The notes below the pieces were generated by a model. The model ran no database searches. It was not told the origin of the DNA and worked only from the letters and a program-made list of their open reading frames with translations. The translations under genes and the position numbers were made by a program. A DNA stretch of 53,396 bases from a virus (taxonomy: Duplodnaviria > Caudoviricetes). Positions 1 through 9,834 of the stretch are shown here, piece after piece; position 1 is the first letter of the stretch, and every line of letters begins with the position of its first letter. The DNA lies in IMG/VR virus record IMGVR_UViG_3300025072_000006, positions 1 to 53,396 of that record, one strand, 5' to 3'.

Positions 1-600
1 ATCTCCTATATCAGCTGTTGTTGTTTCTGTATATGAGACACTTCCCCCATTCCATATTGACATTATGTTACCTGATCTGGCATTGGATGCTGATACTGCG
101 GTGTAATCAAAGAATGCGCCGTCATATGAACTAGTACTCATAGAATATATGGATTCCGTTTTAGATGCAGAGGTAGCGCTTATAACCGCAGTTGTGTAAA
201 GTGATTGAGGTGATTTTCCTATATAAGTTTCTCCGGAAGCTGATACCTCTAGTACTGGAAGGCCTGAAATATCATTAACTGTAAATAGTGTTCCTGATAA
301 ATCATCGTCTACTGTAAATAGTGTTCCTACACTTCCTATAACGTCAAATACTGTTGAGCCACTTCCTATAACTGAAAGTGATTGTGAAGTTGCAGAGGCA
401 GATATTATAAGTGAACCTGTTATTTGAGCATCCCCTGTGAATGGGAAAGTTGATGATGCCGGTAAATTTGTTAATTGTGAACCATCACCTTGGAATGAAC
501 CGGAGAAGGATCCTGATAATCCAGGAGTCATATTAGGAGTACCATAATAGTATTCTGATGTTTGGATTAATCTGTCTGTATATGATGATGTAAATACCAT
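1..600 (-). CDS. Fibre-like virion protein, 3' end truncated by the window edge (absent from the ORF track)
   Basis: Manual translation from ATG at 600 gives MVFTSSYTDRLIQTSEYYYGTPNMTPGLSGSFSGSFQGDGSQLTNLP..., open to base 1. The N-terminus is paralogous to 617..2299 and shares blocks with 4710..8090. Confidence 0.85.
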   Translation of the reverse strand, partial: MVFTSSYTDRLIQTSEYYYGTPNMTPGLSGSFSGSFQGDGSQLTNLPASSTFPFTGDAQITGSLIISASATSQSLSVIGSGSTVFDVIGSVGTLFTVDDDLSGTLFTVNDISGLPVLEVSASGETYIGKSPQSLYTTAVISATSASKTESIYSMSTSSYDGAFFDYTAVSASNARSGNIMSIWNGGSVSYTETTTADIGD

Positions 601-616
601 TTGTTATAAATATTCT

Positions 617-2299
617 TTAATATAATTTATCTGAGTAAAACAATGTTCCTCCTCCTGGGATTTCGTTTGTAAATGAACCTAGCCCGAATGGTGTTAAGTT
701 TGTAAAGCTATTATTTAAAATAGATCCGGAATGAGCTCCACCATTTAAATCTATACCGTATGCAAATGATCCAGTACCAATTAATTGTACTAGTTCTGCT
801 CCATTTAGTTTTAAATACCCCCCAGTCATATCTACAATTCCTGATCCTGTTGTTGAATAAGCATGGGTTACTTTGTTATTGATTTCTAAAGTTCCTGCTG
901 ATAGTACAAAACAATAAGCATTAATAGGGTAATTATATCCATCATTATCAAAGAATGAATCAATAACAAGATGTCCTCCATCTATTATATTTCCAGTTCC
1001 TCTATTGTTTGTGTGACCTAAAGAACCTTTAAATATTAATTTACCGGTTGTGACTTTACAAAAATTAACATAAGCACTATTGGAATCTGCATTAAAATCT
1101 CCTGTGAATTCAACTTGAGATATATTGGTATCCATTTTAATACCATGGGCGCCATTATCTCTTAAAAATATTTGGTTGTCTATTTTATGTTGACCACCTC
1201 CATCGATATATATAGCACAAGCATCTGGGGTTACTCCTTGTGTTCGTAGTCTTCCACGAAGTATACCTCCGGTATTAGTTACTGACCCACAATTAAGACG
1301 TAAAGCACCATTAATATCGGCATCTATATCATACCATCCATGATATCCATCAGCAAATTCAATTGCATATTTATTATCTGCATCTCCCGTTGAATATGTT
1401 CCTCTTAGTCTTACATCTCCTCTTCCCTTATTAAGAAGTGCTTCTGATCCTGATGCAAACACAGTTGCATTTATATTTGCAGTATAGTAATACTGATCAC
1501 TTTCTATATAAATTGCTGGTCTAGTATCTGTAGGGTGTAGTTGCATTACGGATCCTTCAAATGTTCCTAATGAGTATGCATTAATTCCCAGTCTTCCAAA
1601 CACTAAAGCACCAGCATATGTTCCTAAATTTCCGGTGTTTACAATATCTCCCTTAACATAAAATGGATTTCCTTTTTCGTAATTTGCCCATATAGCCCCA
1701 CCATCTGTATTGGTAGGTTCAAGATCAACCGTTCCTCCTTGGTAGCCGGTGTTAGTGGTGTTGTTTGTAGTTTTAGCAGTATCAAATTCAAAATAACATT
1801 CTTTAGCTTGAATCTTAATAGCACCATAATCTGTATCATCTGAAATGAATGTTCCTGCTCCTCGTACATTTACTGGGTATACAGGATCTATTATATTTAC
1901 AACCCATTCATTTAAACTTGCCGTTGGGTGTACTGTAGCTCCTGGATAAAAATAATAATTTACTCCATCTTTGATTATGTTCGAGCTTTCTGAAGGATAG
2001 GTTCCTGGATATACTATGATTGTATCTCCTACATTTGCTGAACCAGTAGCTCCTAATATTGTTTTAAATGGTAAGTGTAAATCTCCTACTGTGGCTGTTC
2101 TATCATCTCCTGATGGAGAAACAAATAATGATTGTGTTAAATTTGTTGCAGCTGCTGACGGAACTCCTGTTAAAGCTGAACCATCACCTTGGAATGAACC
2201 TGAAAATGATCCTGATAATCCAGGAGTCATATTAGGAGTACCATAATAGTATTCTGATTCTTGTATTAATCCTTCTGTATATGATGATGTAAATGCCAT
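617..2299 (-). CDS. Putative tailspike/fibre-like protein with probable beta-helix domain
   Basis: SGSFSGSFQGDGS stalk motif followed by LFVSPSGDD...PFKTI...GDTIIVYPGTY, the typical entry to a right-handed beta-helix; body is G/N/T-rich. Confidence 0.7.
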   Translation of the reverse strand: MAFTSSYTEGLIQESEYYYGTPNMTPGLSGSFSGSFQGDGSALTGVPSAAATNLTQSLFVSPSGDDRTATVGDLHLPFKTILGATGSANVGDTIIVYPGTYPSESSNIIKDGVNYYFYPGATVHPTASLNEWVVNIIDPVYPVNVRGAGTFISDDTDYGAIKIQAKECYFEFDTAKTTNNTTNTGYQGGTVDLEPTNTDGGAIWANYEKGNPFYVKGDIVNTGNLGTYAGALVFGRLGINAYSLGTFEGSVMQLHPTDTRPAIYIESDQYYYTANINATVFASGSEALLNKGRGDVRLRGTYSTGDADNKYAIEFADGYHGWYDIDADINGALRLNCGSVTNTGGILRGRLRTQGVTPDACAIYIDGGGQHKIDNQIFLRDNGAHGIKMDTNISQVEFTGDFNADSNSAYVNFCKVTTGKLIFKGSLGHTNNRGTGNIIDGGHLVIDSFFDNDGYNYPINAYCFVLSAGTLEINNKVTHAYSTTGSGIVDMTGGYLKLNGAELVQLIGTGSFAYGIDLNGGAHSGSILNNSFTNLTPFGLGSFTNEIPGGGTLFYSDKLY

Positions 2300-2309
2300 T
2301 TATTCCTTT

Positions 2310-4703
2310 TTAATATAATTTATCTGAGTAAAACAATGTTCCTCCACCTGTCAATTCATTATGAAATGAACCTGATTGAAATATAGCAGGAATATTTGTC
2401 CAACTATTATTAAATATAGATCCTGAATGTGATGAATTATTTAAATATATTGCATGTTGTGCAGCTCCTGGGGTATCACTAATTAATTGAGCTCCATTTA
2501 ATTTTAAATATCCTCCTGTCATATTGACTATTCCTGATCCTGTTGTATTTTGAAAATGTTTAACTTTATCATTTATTTCTAAAGTACCCCCAGATAAATC
2601 AAACACATCTATACCTATTGGTGAACTACTACCCCAATGTTCTAAATAATTATTAATAATTAATTTCCCCCCAGTAATTGTATTTGAAACAGCTCTTACC
2701 TCAGTATCTGCAGATACTCCATTCCAAATAAAAGTTCCCCCATTAATCTTAAATAAGGCTCCCGAACTCATATTTACATTTTGTGCTTGACCATTAAAAG
2801 AAGTAGTTCCAGTATAACCAGAGTCTGTGTAAAATATATTTTCTGATGTTGTTATTTTGAGGTTTAATAAATTTGTACCACCTAATAACATTTGTATCGC
2901 CCCATTTCCACTTGGTGAATCTGTACAACTTTGCCAACCGTTGATAACTGTACCAGAATTATAATTACCTGCACTTGCTAATTTAATCGCCCCAATGAAC
3001 TCTCCTTCAAATAAATAATGACCCGTGTTCTGGGAACAATTGACAGCATAAAAATTTGATTGGTCTCCTGTTTCAATAGATCCTTTCCAAGAACAATGAT
3101 TTACTCTAGCTGATGTTTGAAAACCATCTCCTGCTTCAGAATAAATATCTCCATACCCTCTAAAATCAGAGGCATCATTAGGAGAATATGCCATATAAAC
3201 ACAAGGCATATCAGATACCAAGCTTGTAATTGTTCCTTCGAAAATAACATTTCCGACCCCTGGGTTAAATACTCCTGAGCTTCCACCATCAGATCCTGAG
3301 TTTATTATATTTCCTTTAACGTTTACTACCCCTGCAGGGTCTGCGATATAATCTTGAGAAACCCATACACAATTAATGTAAGCTGCCCCCCCAGAATCAC
3401 CAATAGCAGTAGCTTTTGCAGTATCAAATTCTATGTGTCCTGATGGAGCTTTAAAGCCAATTGGTCCAAATTTGGGTGTATTACATATAAAAGTTCCAGC
3501 ACCTCTTACATTAACGGGATAAGTATAGGTATCCAGTCCTCCTAGAATAAATGCGGTAGCTAGGGTTGGTTCAACTGTAGCTCCAGGATAGAAACAATAG
3601 TTTACACCATCTTTTAATATATTAGCATTATCAGTGTAAGTTCCTGGATATACTATAATTGTATCTCCTATGTTTGCTGACCCAGTAGCTCCTAATATTG
3701 TTTTAAATGGTAAATGTAAATCTCCTACTACTGCTGTTCCATCATCTCCTGATGGAGAAACAAATAATGATTGTGTTAGATTTGTTGATGAATTTATTCC
3801 TGTTAATTGTGAACCATCACCTAATACATGCTGAAATGATCCAGTAACGCCATATACATCACCACTTGCACTTATGTCTCCGGAGGCTGAAATTGGGGAG
3901 TAGAAGTTAATAGATGTTAAAGTGGCATCCATAGATGCTGAATATGAAGTATAATCTGTGAGACCTAATTCTAATTTATTAGGGCTACTACCTCCACGTA
4001 TATAAGCTCCTTGAGCGTGTTGTCCTAACGAAAACATGCTATTAGAACTACCTCCACCATTAGTATAGAATCTTAATTCACCTTTTGGATCTCCATTGGT
4101 GTTAAACATTCTAAAGGATTGATCATTTGAAGCACCATCAGAAAAGAAATCAAAGAAAGGACCATGACCCGTTACAGCATTTGCTTCAAATACAAATCCA
4201 GTGTCGGAAATGAAATTTAAGGCATCATGGTATCTTCCACCACCACCACCATTATTATAGTATATAGTAGCACCTTCATCAACATGAGTTAGTTTTATTT
4301 TAGCTCCATGAGTGTTTGTACTACTATCAACAGTATTAATAATATCTAAACCAAATAATCCTTGACCATCATTAAATGACATAGAAGGAGAAGATCCAGA
4401 AAATGTGTACTCTGTTCCATCAGATGATGAAATTATTAATGATCCAGTTATTTCAGCATCTCCTGTGAATGGGAATGTTGAACCTCCACCTGCGTTTAGA
4501 GCATGAGATGCTGTTAATGCATATGAGCTACTAATAATAGCATTATATATAGTACCACTAGCATCTTTATATCTAGGTATATTGTCTGAGGTATCATAAA
4601 AATATGTACTTGAACTTACTAGGATATGTCCAGCAGAAGAAGTAACATACTGTTGGTATGGTATTCCTATTGATTGTGTTACTATACTATTATTTAAACT
4701 CAT
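2310..4703 (-). CDS. Putative tailspike/fibre-like protein with probable beta-helix domain, paralog of 617..2299
   Basis: Same LFVSPSGDD..GDTIIVYPGTY block and the same C-terminus GGGTLFYSDKLY; SSSYALTASHA and ISASGDVYG repeats. Confidence 0.7.
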   Translation of the reverse strand: MSLNNSIVTQSIGIPYQQYVTSSAGHILVSSSTYFYDTSDNIPRYKDASGTIYNAIISSSYALTASHALNAGGGSTFPFTGDAEITGSLIISSSDGTEYTFSGSSPSMSFNDGQGLFGLDIINTVDSSTNTHGAKIKLTHVDEGATIYYNNGGGGGRYHDALNFISDTGFVFEANAVTGHGPFFDFFSDGASNDQSFRMFNTNGDPKGELRFYTNGGGSSNSMFSLGQHAQGAYIRGGSSPNKLELGLTDYTSYSASMDATLTSINFYSPISASGDISASGDVYGVTGSFQHVLGDGSQLTGINSSTNLTQSLFVSPSGDDGTAVVGDLHLPFKTILGATGSANIGDTIIVYPGTYTDNANILKDGVNYCFYPGATVEPTLATAFILGGLDTYTYPVNVRGAGTFICNTPKFGPIGFKAPSGHIEFDTAKATAIGDSGGAAYINCVWVSQDYIADPAGVVNVKGNIINSGSDGGSSGVFNPGVGNVIFEGTITSLVSDMPCVYMAYSPNDASDFRGYGDIYSEAGDGFQTSARVNHCSWKGSIETGDQSNFYAVNCSQNTGHYLFEGEFIGAIKLASAGNYNSGTVINGWQSCTDSPSGNGAIQMLLGGTNLLNLKITTSENIFYTDSGYTGTTSFNGQAQNVNMSSGALFKINGGTFIWNGVSADTEVRAVSNTITGGKLIINNYLEHWGSSSPIGIDVFDLSGGTLEINDKVKHFQNTTGSGIVNMTGGYLKLNGAQLISDTPGAAQHAIYLNNSSHSGSIFNNSWTNIPAIFQSGSFHNELTGGGTLFYSDKLY

Positions 4704-4709
4704 TTATCC

Positions 4710-7700
4710 TTAATTATTAATTACTATATTTCCTTGTGCATCTGGTGTGTTTAATACTGCTTGGGTTACTTTTGTTGGGTTAGTTGGTGTACAATTTTTA
4801 AAAGTGTTATTTGCAAAAAATACTGGAGTATCATCATCATCTGCTGTTATTGCTGTGTTTAACGTAGTGTTATTATAAAAATCAAAGGAACAATTAGTTA
4901 TTGTAGCTGTTGTTGCTCCTGTGTCGATTTTGATTGAATTTTGTCCATTAGTAGGATAATCATCTATAATAGCACAATTTGAAATTTCACCATTTCCTAA
5001 TGTAATACCTGGTCCTAAATATTCAAAATTATAAATTGTTACCCCTAAAACTTCACTACTCCCAGCGGCTACTGATACATCTTGCTCAGTGTATACAGAT
5101 CCTCCTATCATTTCTCCAATCAAAGATACGCCTATTCCTCCTGAATTTCTTATTGTACTATTAACTAATCTTCTTGTACCTGTAATTCCAGCCCCGTCAT
5201 CTGCTATTATAGTACAGTTTATTACATAAAAAGCACTTAATCCCTGTCCTGTTTCAGCATGGAAATAACTATCATAAATGTAACTATTAGAAGCTTCAGC
5301 TCCTGCTTGACCTCCATAAGTATGTACTTTTAGATTATAATGTTTTTTTAGATATCCTTTAAAATAAATTCCCTTTTTAGCATAAACATCTAGATTTTTC
5401 AACACTCCAAAGGTTTCAATCAGGTAAGAAAAAGGACTTCCAAGAAATTTACCCCCATTAAGTGTACCATCGTTTCTAATAGGATAGTATGGGGTATAAT
5501 TACTACCATTTTCCACCTCCCATTCAAATCCTATATTAGTTATTTCTGAAGCTGGATTATCTATATAAAGTAATCTGTTAAATATATTAACACCTTCACC
5601 TTGTGTAAATCTTATTCTACCATTATAGAAAGAACATGATACAGCAATATCATTATCACTAAACATATCTTTAGCATCTAATGTTGCACTAGCACTAATA
5701 AATAATTCATTACCATTAAAATTAAAATCAACTTTATCTTTTAAATGATAGACATGATCTGATGCTTCTGTTACATTTGTAAATAATTGAATAGTATCTC
5801 CCGCAGTTGCTGCTTGTAAGGATGATGATAAATCAGAATAATATGTGTATTCTCCACTAGAATTAGCTATACCAAATTTACCTGAGGTTGTTGGGAGGTT
5901 TGTTAATTGTGAACCATCACCTTGAAATGAACCGGAGAAGGATCCTGAAAATACCCCATTTCCAGATTGAGCAAATGAAGCCGTATCTGCATAACTTGAA
6001 GATATTTCTTTTATGATTTCGTGAGACGCACTTACTGCATAGGATGCTGTTAAAGCATAACTTGATGAAACAATTCCTGTTAATTGAGAACCATCACCTA
6101 CAAAATAAGCTGCTGATGCTGTGCTTGGGAAGATTATATCTCCAGTTGCTAATGAAGCAGAAATAGTGACTAAGGAATTACCATTGCCTATTCGGAGTTG
6201 ATTTGATGGGTTATCTGTTCCTAAACTACCTGATCCTAATATAATATTACCATCTCCACTTGATATGCTTTTTCCTGCTTCAAAGCCTATAGTTGTATTA
6301 CCTTGACCACCGTTAATATAATATAATGAATTCTGTCCAATACCTGTATTATATTTAACTCCATCTGTATTACCAATTACAGCCCCATACCCAGCAGCAA
6401 GACCTATAAGTACATTTCCATCGATAGCATCTGCTGCTACCCCTAAAGTACCTCTTAAATTTCTTCCAGCAGCTCCACCTATGAAGACATTAGAATGAGG
6501 ACCAGATGAATATTGTAAAGATCTACCCGCAGATGATCCAATTAAAACTGCATAGTCTTCATCATCTAATAGCTCACCTGCATTATCACCTATTAAAACA
6601 TTACCTTGCCCAGTACTCATTAAACCAGGTCCTGCATTTTGGCCTATAGAAACATTTGATATATGGCTAACTCCCGGTCCTCTTGGAATAAATGATCCTG
6701 ATATAACTAATGATCCTGTTATTTCTGCATCTCCTGTATATGGGAAAGTTGATGATGTTGGTAAATTGGTTAATTGTGAACCATCACCTAATAAATGTTG
6801 AAATGAACCCGTTACTCCATATACATCTCCACTTGAACTTATGTCTACTGATGCTGTTAAAGGATTAGTGTGAAATTCCCCCTTAACCGATACCCCACTA
6901 TCTGATAAATCTATGTATGTGGCATTATCATTAATACTAAGTTTAACAGAATTATCATCAACAATAAATGTACTATTATCAACACCATCAACGTGGTGTA
7001 ACGATATTGAGCTATCTTTCCCATCTATTTTTATAGGACTATTACCTTGAATATAACTAAATGATCCGGTTATTGCTGACATTGTTCCACTTGCACTAAT
7101 ATCTCCAGAAGCTGTTATATTTCTTACTTCAATATCACCACTACAACTTAAAGGTCCTACTGGTATTTCAATTAATCCACTTGCCGATACTTGAAATAAA
7201 GGCATACCTGATATGTCATTTACTTCCATTAAAGTACCTAGTAAACCATCGGATACTGAGAATAATTGCCCTGCTGATCCTTGTACATCGAATATTGTTG
7301 AACCTGATCCCTCTATTGTAAGTGAACCTGTAATGCCTGCTGATCCTGAATATTGTCCGTCCCATGAACCTGAATCTATTCCTGTTAATTGTGAACCATC
7401 TCCTAAAACATGACTAAATGATCCTGTTACACCATATATATCACCACTTGCACTTACATTTCCTGATGCTGTTAAGTCGGTGTTGACATATAACCCACCA
7501 TCTGGTGAAATTGAAGCAGTTGCTGAACCAGATGCTATTTGAGATAAATTTAAGCCTGTAATGCCTGATGCTGGGATATTAGTTAACCCGGATCCATTGC
7601 CTTCGAAACTACCACTAAAGATACCATCTCCAGATTGGGCAAATGAAGCCGTGTCTGCATAGCTTGAAGATACCTCTTTTATAATTTCATGAGATGCGGA

Positions 7701-8090
7701 TACGGCGTAAGATGCGGATACTGCAAATGTTGCATAGCTTGAACTAATAGCATTTAAGACATAAGATGCGGTTTGGGCTGTTTCTACATAGGAGGCAGTT
7801 GATGCATAACTTGATGAATCAATACCTGTTAATTGTGAACCATCTCCATAATAAGTGCTAGCAGAAACAGCTGATGCTGAAATATCTCCTAATACATTTA
7901 AATTGACTCCAGAACCGGATATTGTTAGTGACCCGGTTATAAATGCATCGCCAAAATGTGAACCGTCCCATTCTGCTGTTATACCAGTTAGATTTGAGCC
8001 ATCACCTTGAAATGATCCTGAGAACGAACCCGATAATGATAAATTGTCTCGTAATTGTCCACTTTTAAATTGTCTTGCCATTAAGCCCAC
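4710..8090 (-). CDS. Long modular fibre-like protein
   Basis: Repeated GDGSQLTG, ITASGxISAS and SSSYAxTAS motifs, a run of NVxIGxxAG repeats resembling trimeric autotransporter heads, and a C-terminal beta-helix-like region. Confidence 0.7.
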   Translation of the reverse strand: MGLMARQFKSGQLRDNLSLSGSFSGSFQGDGSNLTGITAEWDGSHFGDAFITGSLTISGSGVNLNVLGDISASAVSASTYYGDGSQLTGIDSSSYASTASYVETAQTASYVLNAISSSYATFAVSASYAVSASHEIIKEVSSSYADTASFAQSGDGIFSGSFEGNGSGLTNIPASGITGLNLSQIASGSATASISPDGGLYVNTDLTASGNVSASGDIYGVTGSFSHVLGDGSQLTGIDSGSWDGQYSGSAGITGSLTIEGSGSTIFDVQGSAGQLFSVSDGLLGTLMEVNDISGMPLFQVSASGLIEIPVGPLSCSGDIEVRNITASGDISASGTMSAITGSFSYIQGNSPIKIDGKDSSISLHHVDGVDNSTFIVDDNSVKLSINDNATYIDLSDSGVSVKGEFHTNPLTASVDISSSGDVYGVTGSFQHLLGDGSQLTNLPTSSTFPYTGDAEITGSLVISGSFIPRGPGVSHISNVSIGQNAGPGLMSTGQGNVLIGDNAGELLDDEDYAVLIGSSAGRSLQYSSGPHSNVFIGGAAGRNLRGTLGVAADAIDGNVLIGLAAGYGAVIGNTDGVKYNTGIGQNSLYYINGGQGNTTIGFEAGKSISSGDGNIILGSGSLGTDNPSNQLRIGNGNSLVTISASLATGDIIFPSTASAAYFVGDGSQLTGIVSSSYALTASYAVSASHEIIKEISSSYADTASFAQSGNGVFSGSFSGSFQGDGSQLTNLPTTSGKFGIANSSGEYTYYSDLSSSLQAATAGDTIQLFTNVTEASDHVYHLKDKVDFNFNGNELFISASATLDAKDMFSDNDIAVSCSFYNGRIRFTQGEGVNIFNRLLYIDNPASEITNIGFEWEVENGSNYTPYYPIRNDGTLNGGKFLGSPFSYLIETFGVLKNLDVYAKKGIYFKGYLKKHYNLKVHTYGGQAGAEASNSYIYDSYFHAETGQGLSAFYVINCTIIADDGAGITGTRRLVNSTIRNSGGIGVSLIGEMIGGSVYTEQDVSVAAGSSEVLGVTIYNFEYLGPGITLGNGEISNCAIIDDYPTNGQNSIKIDTGATTATITNCSFDFYNNTTLNTAITADDDDTPVFFANNTFKNCTPTNPTKVTQAVLNTPDAQGNIVINN

Positions 8091-9310
8091 CTACCATTAA
8101 TAATTATTACATCTTGTGAATCCAATGTATATCCCATTGTGCTAGTGTCGAAGTCTATAGTTTGTGGAGATGTTTGTAATGGCGTCCATGTATAAAGTAC
8201 TTTATCTATATATTGTCCATTGATATATATATCGAATTCATTCTTGGTTGCAACTGTTAGATTGACTGGATTTATTGCAGGAGCTGCAGGTACTGTAATT
8301 GTATCTGTGTCTACAAATGTTCCTGTCTGATCTGTTAAATTAAGAAGGTATGATAGTGTGTCTGCATCGATTGTCGTTGTCCCACTACCTCCTCCACCTG
8401 ATACAATTACTGAATTTCCGGATATAATACTTTGTTGTGCGTCTATTAATTGTTGTGGAACAATTGTAGTATCAAATATATTTGTGTCTGTGTCGATAAC
8501 TGTTGCCCATGATAATTTTTTTATTGAAAATCTTTTTTGTACTACAGATTGCCTATACTCTTGTTCTGCCATCAGTGTCCCGTTAACTAATAATGGTATT
8601 GTACATCTTACTAGCCTATCTTCTCCTACAGTGTTAATAGTTTCAAAACTCATATCTTGTATAAATGTTCTATATTTATTAAATTCATTGCCCCAAGCAA
8701 ATGTTCCATATGGCATAATTTGTTCTACCAAATCATTCATTTGTGTCGTAAAATCTGTCCAAATCATTATATCATAATTAACATCTATATATTCTGGAAT
8801 ATTTATTGCGTATAATTCTTGTGAACTGATGGGCTCATTTATTGGTAACGGAAATAACTCATCTTGGTATCTATTTCTTTTATTATATTTTTGTTTATAT
8901 ATAATTTGATTTCCTGATACGTGTCTATTAACATCTAATTTTTTTAATTCATCTCTCTCTGTTAATGAATTTCTTTTTAATACAATTATAGGAGATTGTA
9001 ACATTCCTTTTTGATCTCGCAAATATCCCAATCTTCTTACATTATCCCACTTTTCTCCATTTGCAAATATAACAGGAACTTCTATTAATTCTCCATTTGC
9101 CTCAACTTGTGGTTGTATTTGATTTTCTATAAACCACTTAATTGCATAATCAATGTCATACACTGTACGCTTTGGTGTTCGAACTACGTCGTCATCTCTT
9201 CGTACTTGATTTGCTCTATTAAATATAGGATCTGGTCTAACCGATTCACTATTTTTTAATTCAGGTTTATTAGTTTTCCTGTCGATATTTTGTCTTCGCT
9301 CTCTTGGCAT
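8081..9310 (-). CDS. Tail terminator/sheath stabiliser (T4 gp15-like) with C-terminal extension
   Basis: VPVIFANGEKW and IPEYIDVNYDIMIWT...QMNDLVEQI motifs; lies after the neck genes. Confidence 0.65.
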   Translation of the reverse strand: MPRERRQNIDRKTNKPELKNSESVRPDPIFNRANQVRRDDDVVRTPKRTVYDIDYAIKWFIENQIQPQVEANGELIEVPVIFANGEKWDNVRRLGYLRDQKGMLQSPIIVLKRNSLTERDELKKLDVNRHVSGNQIIYKQKYNKRNRYQDELFPLPINEPISSQELYAINIPEYIDVNYDIMIWTDFTTQMNDLVEQIMPYGTFAWGNEFNKYRTFIQDMSFETINTVGEDRLVRCTIPLLVNGTLMAEQEYRQSVVQKRFSIKKLSWATVIDTDTNIFDTTIVPQQLIDAQQSIISGNSVIVSGGGGSGTTTIDADTLSYLLNLTDQTGTFVDTDTITVPAAPAINPVNLTVATKNEFDIYINGQYIDKVLYTWTPLQTSPQTIDFDTSTMGYTLDSQDVIIINGRWA

Positions 9311-9831
9311 TAAAATCCTTTATATGATTTATCATCTTTTGCATTACCAAATCGCATTTTTCTAATATTTGTCGGAGTTTGTCTAGTTACATGGCTATCA
9401 CACAATACTGATACGCTATAACCAAATTTATCACCATTTGGCCAAGTCTTTGGGTTCTTTCCTACAAAATATTCATTTGCGTCAACATTATCAATTTGAT
9501 AATATTCTGCATCCCATTTAATTACATCTCCTGCTTCTGGATAAAAGTCTGCTCGTTCTAATATGTCTCTAGATATTCCGAATTGTGCAGTTCTGGTATA
9601 ACTATGTCCATAATCATCCATAGTACCTGTTTTGCCTTCTTTAGTAATAAGTGCTGGAATTAATATTGAGTCGTAATATGCCTTGGAGGTAGATTCTCCA
9701 TATATATTTGAGTTAGATTGCTCTATTATTAATTTGTAGAATTCAATTTCAGTATCAACTATCGCATTTAATAGTTCTGCGTTAATCGATGCTAAAAATT
9801 TTGCATCCCGCTGTGTTCCGAATAAAGCCAT
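9310..9831 (-). CDS. Neck/head-closure protein (T4 gp14-like)
   Basis: NIYGES and PEAGDVIKW motifs; sits between gp13-like and gp15-like genes. Confidence 0.65.
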   Translation of the reverse strand: MALFGTQRDAKFLASINAELLNAIVDTEIEFYKLIIEQSNSNIYGESTSKAYYDSILIPALITKEGKTGTMDDYGHSYTRTAQFGISRDILERADFYPEAGDVIKWDAEYYQIDNVDANEYFVGKNPKTWPNGDKFGYSVSVLCDSHVTRQTPTNIRKMRFGNAKDDKSYKGF

Positions 9832-9834
9832 TCA

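Noticed and set aside
480-3787. Diversity-generating retroelement TR/VR pair or invertase shufflon in the fibre repeats
   Set aside because: Mismatches are not adenine-specific, repeats are direct and coding, and no reverse transcriptase or site-specific recombinase is in the window.
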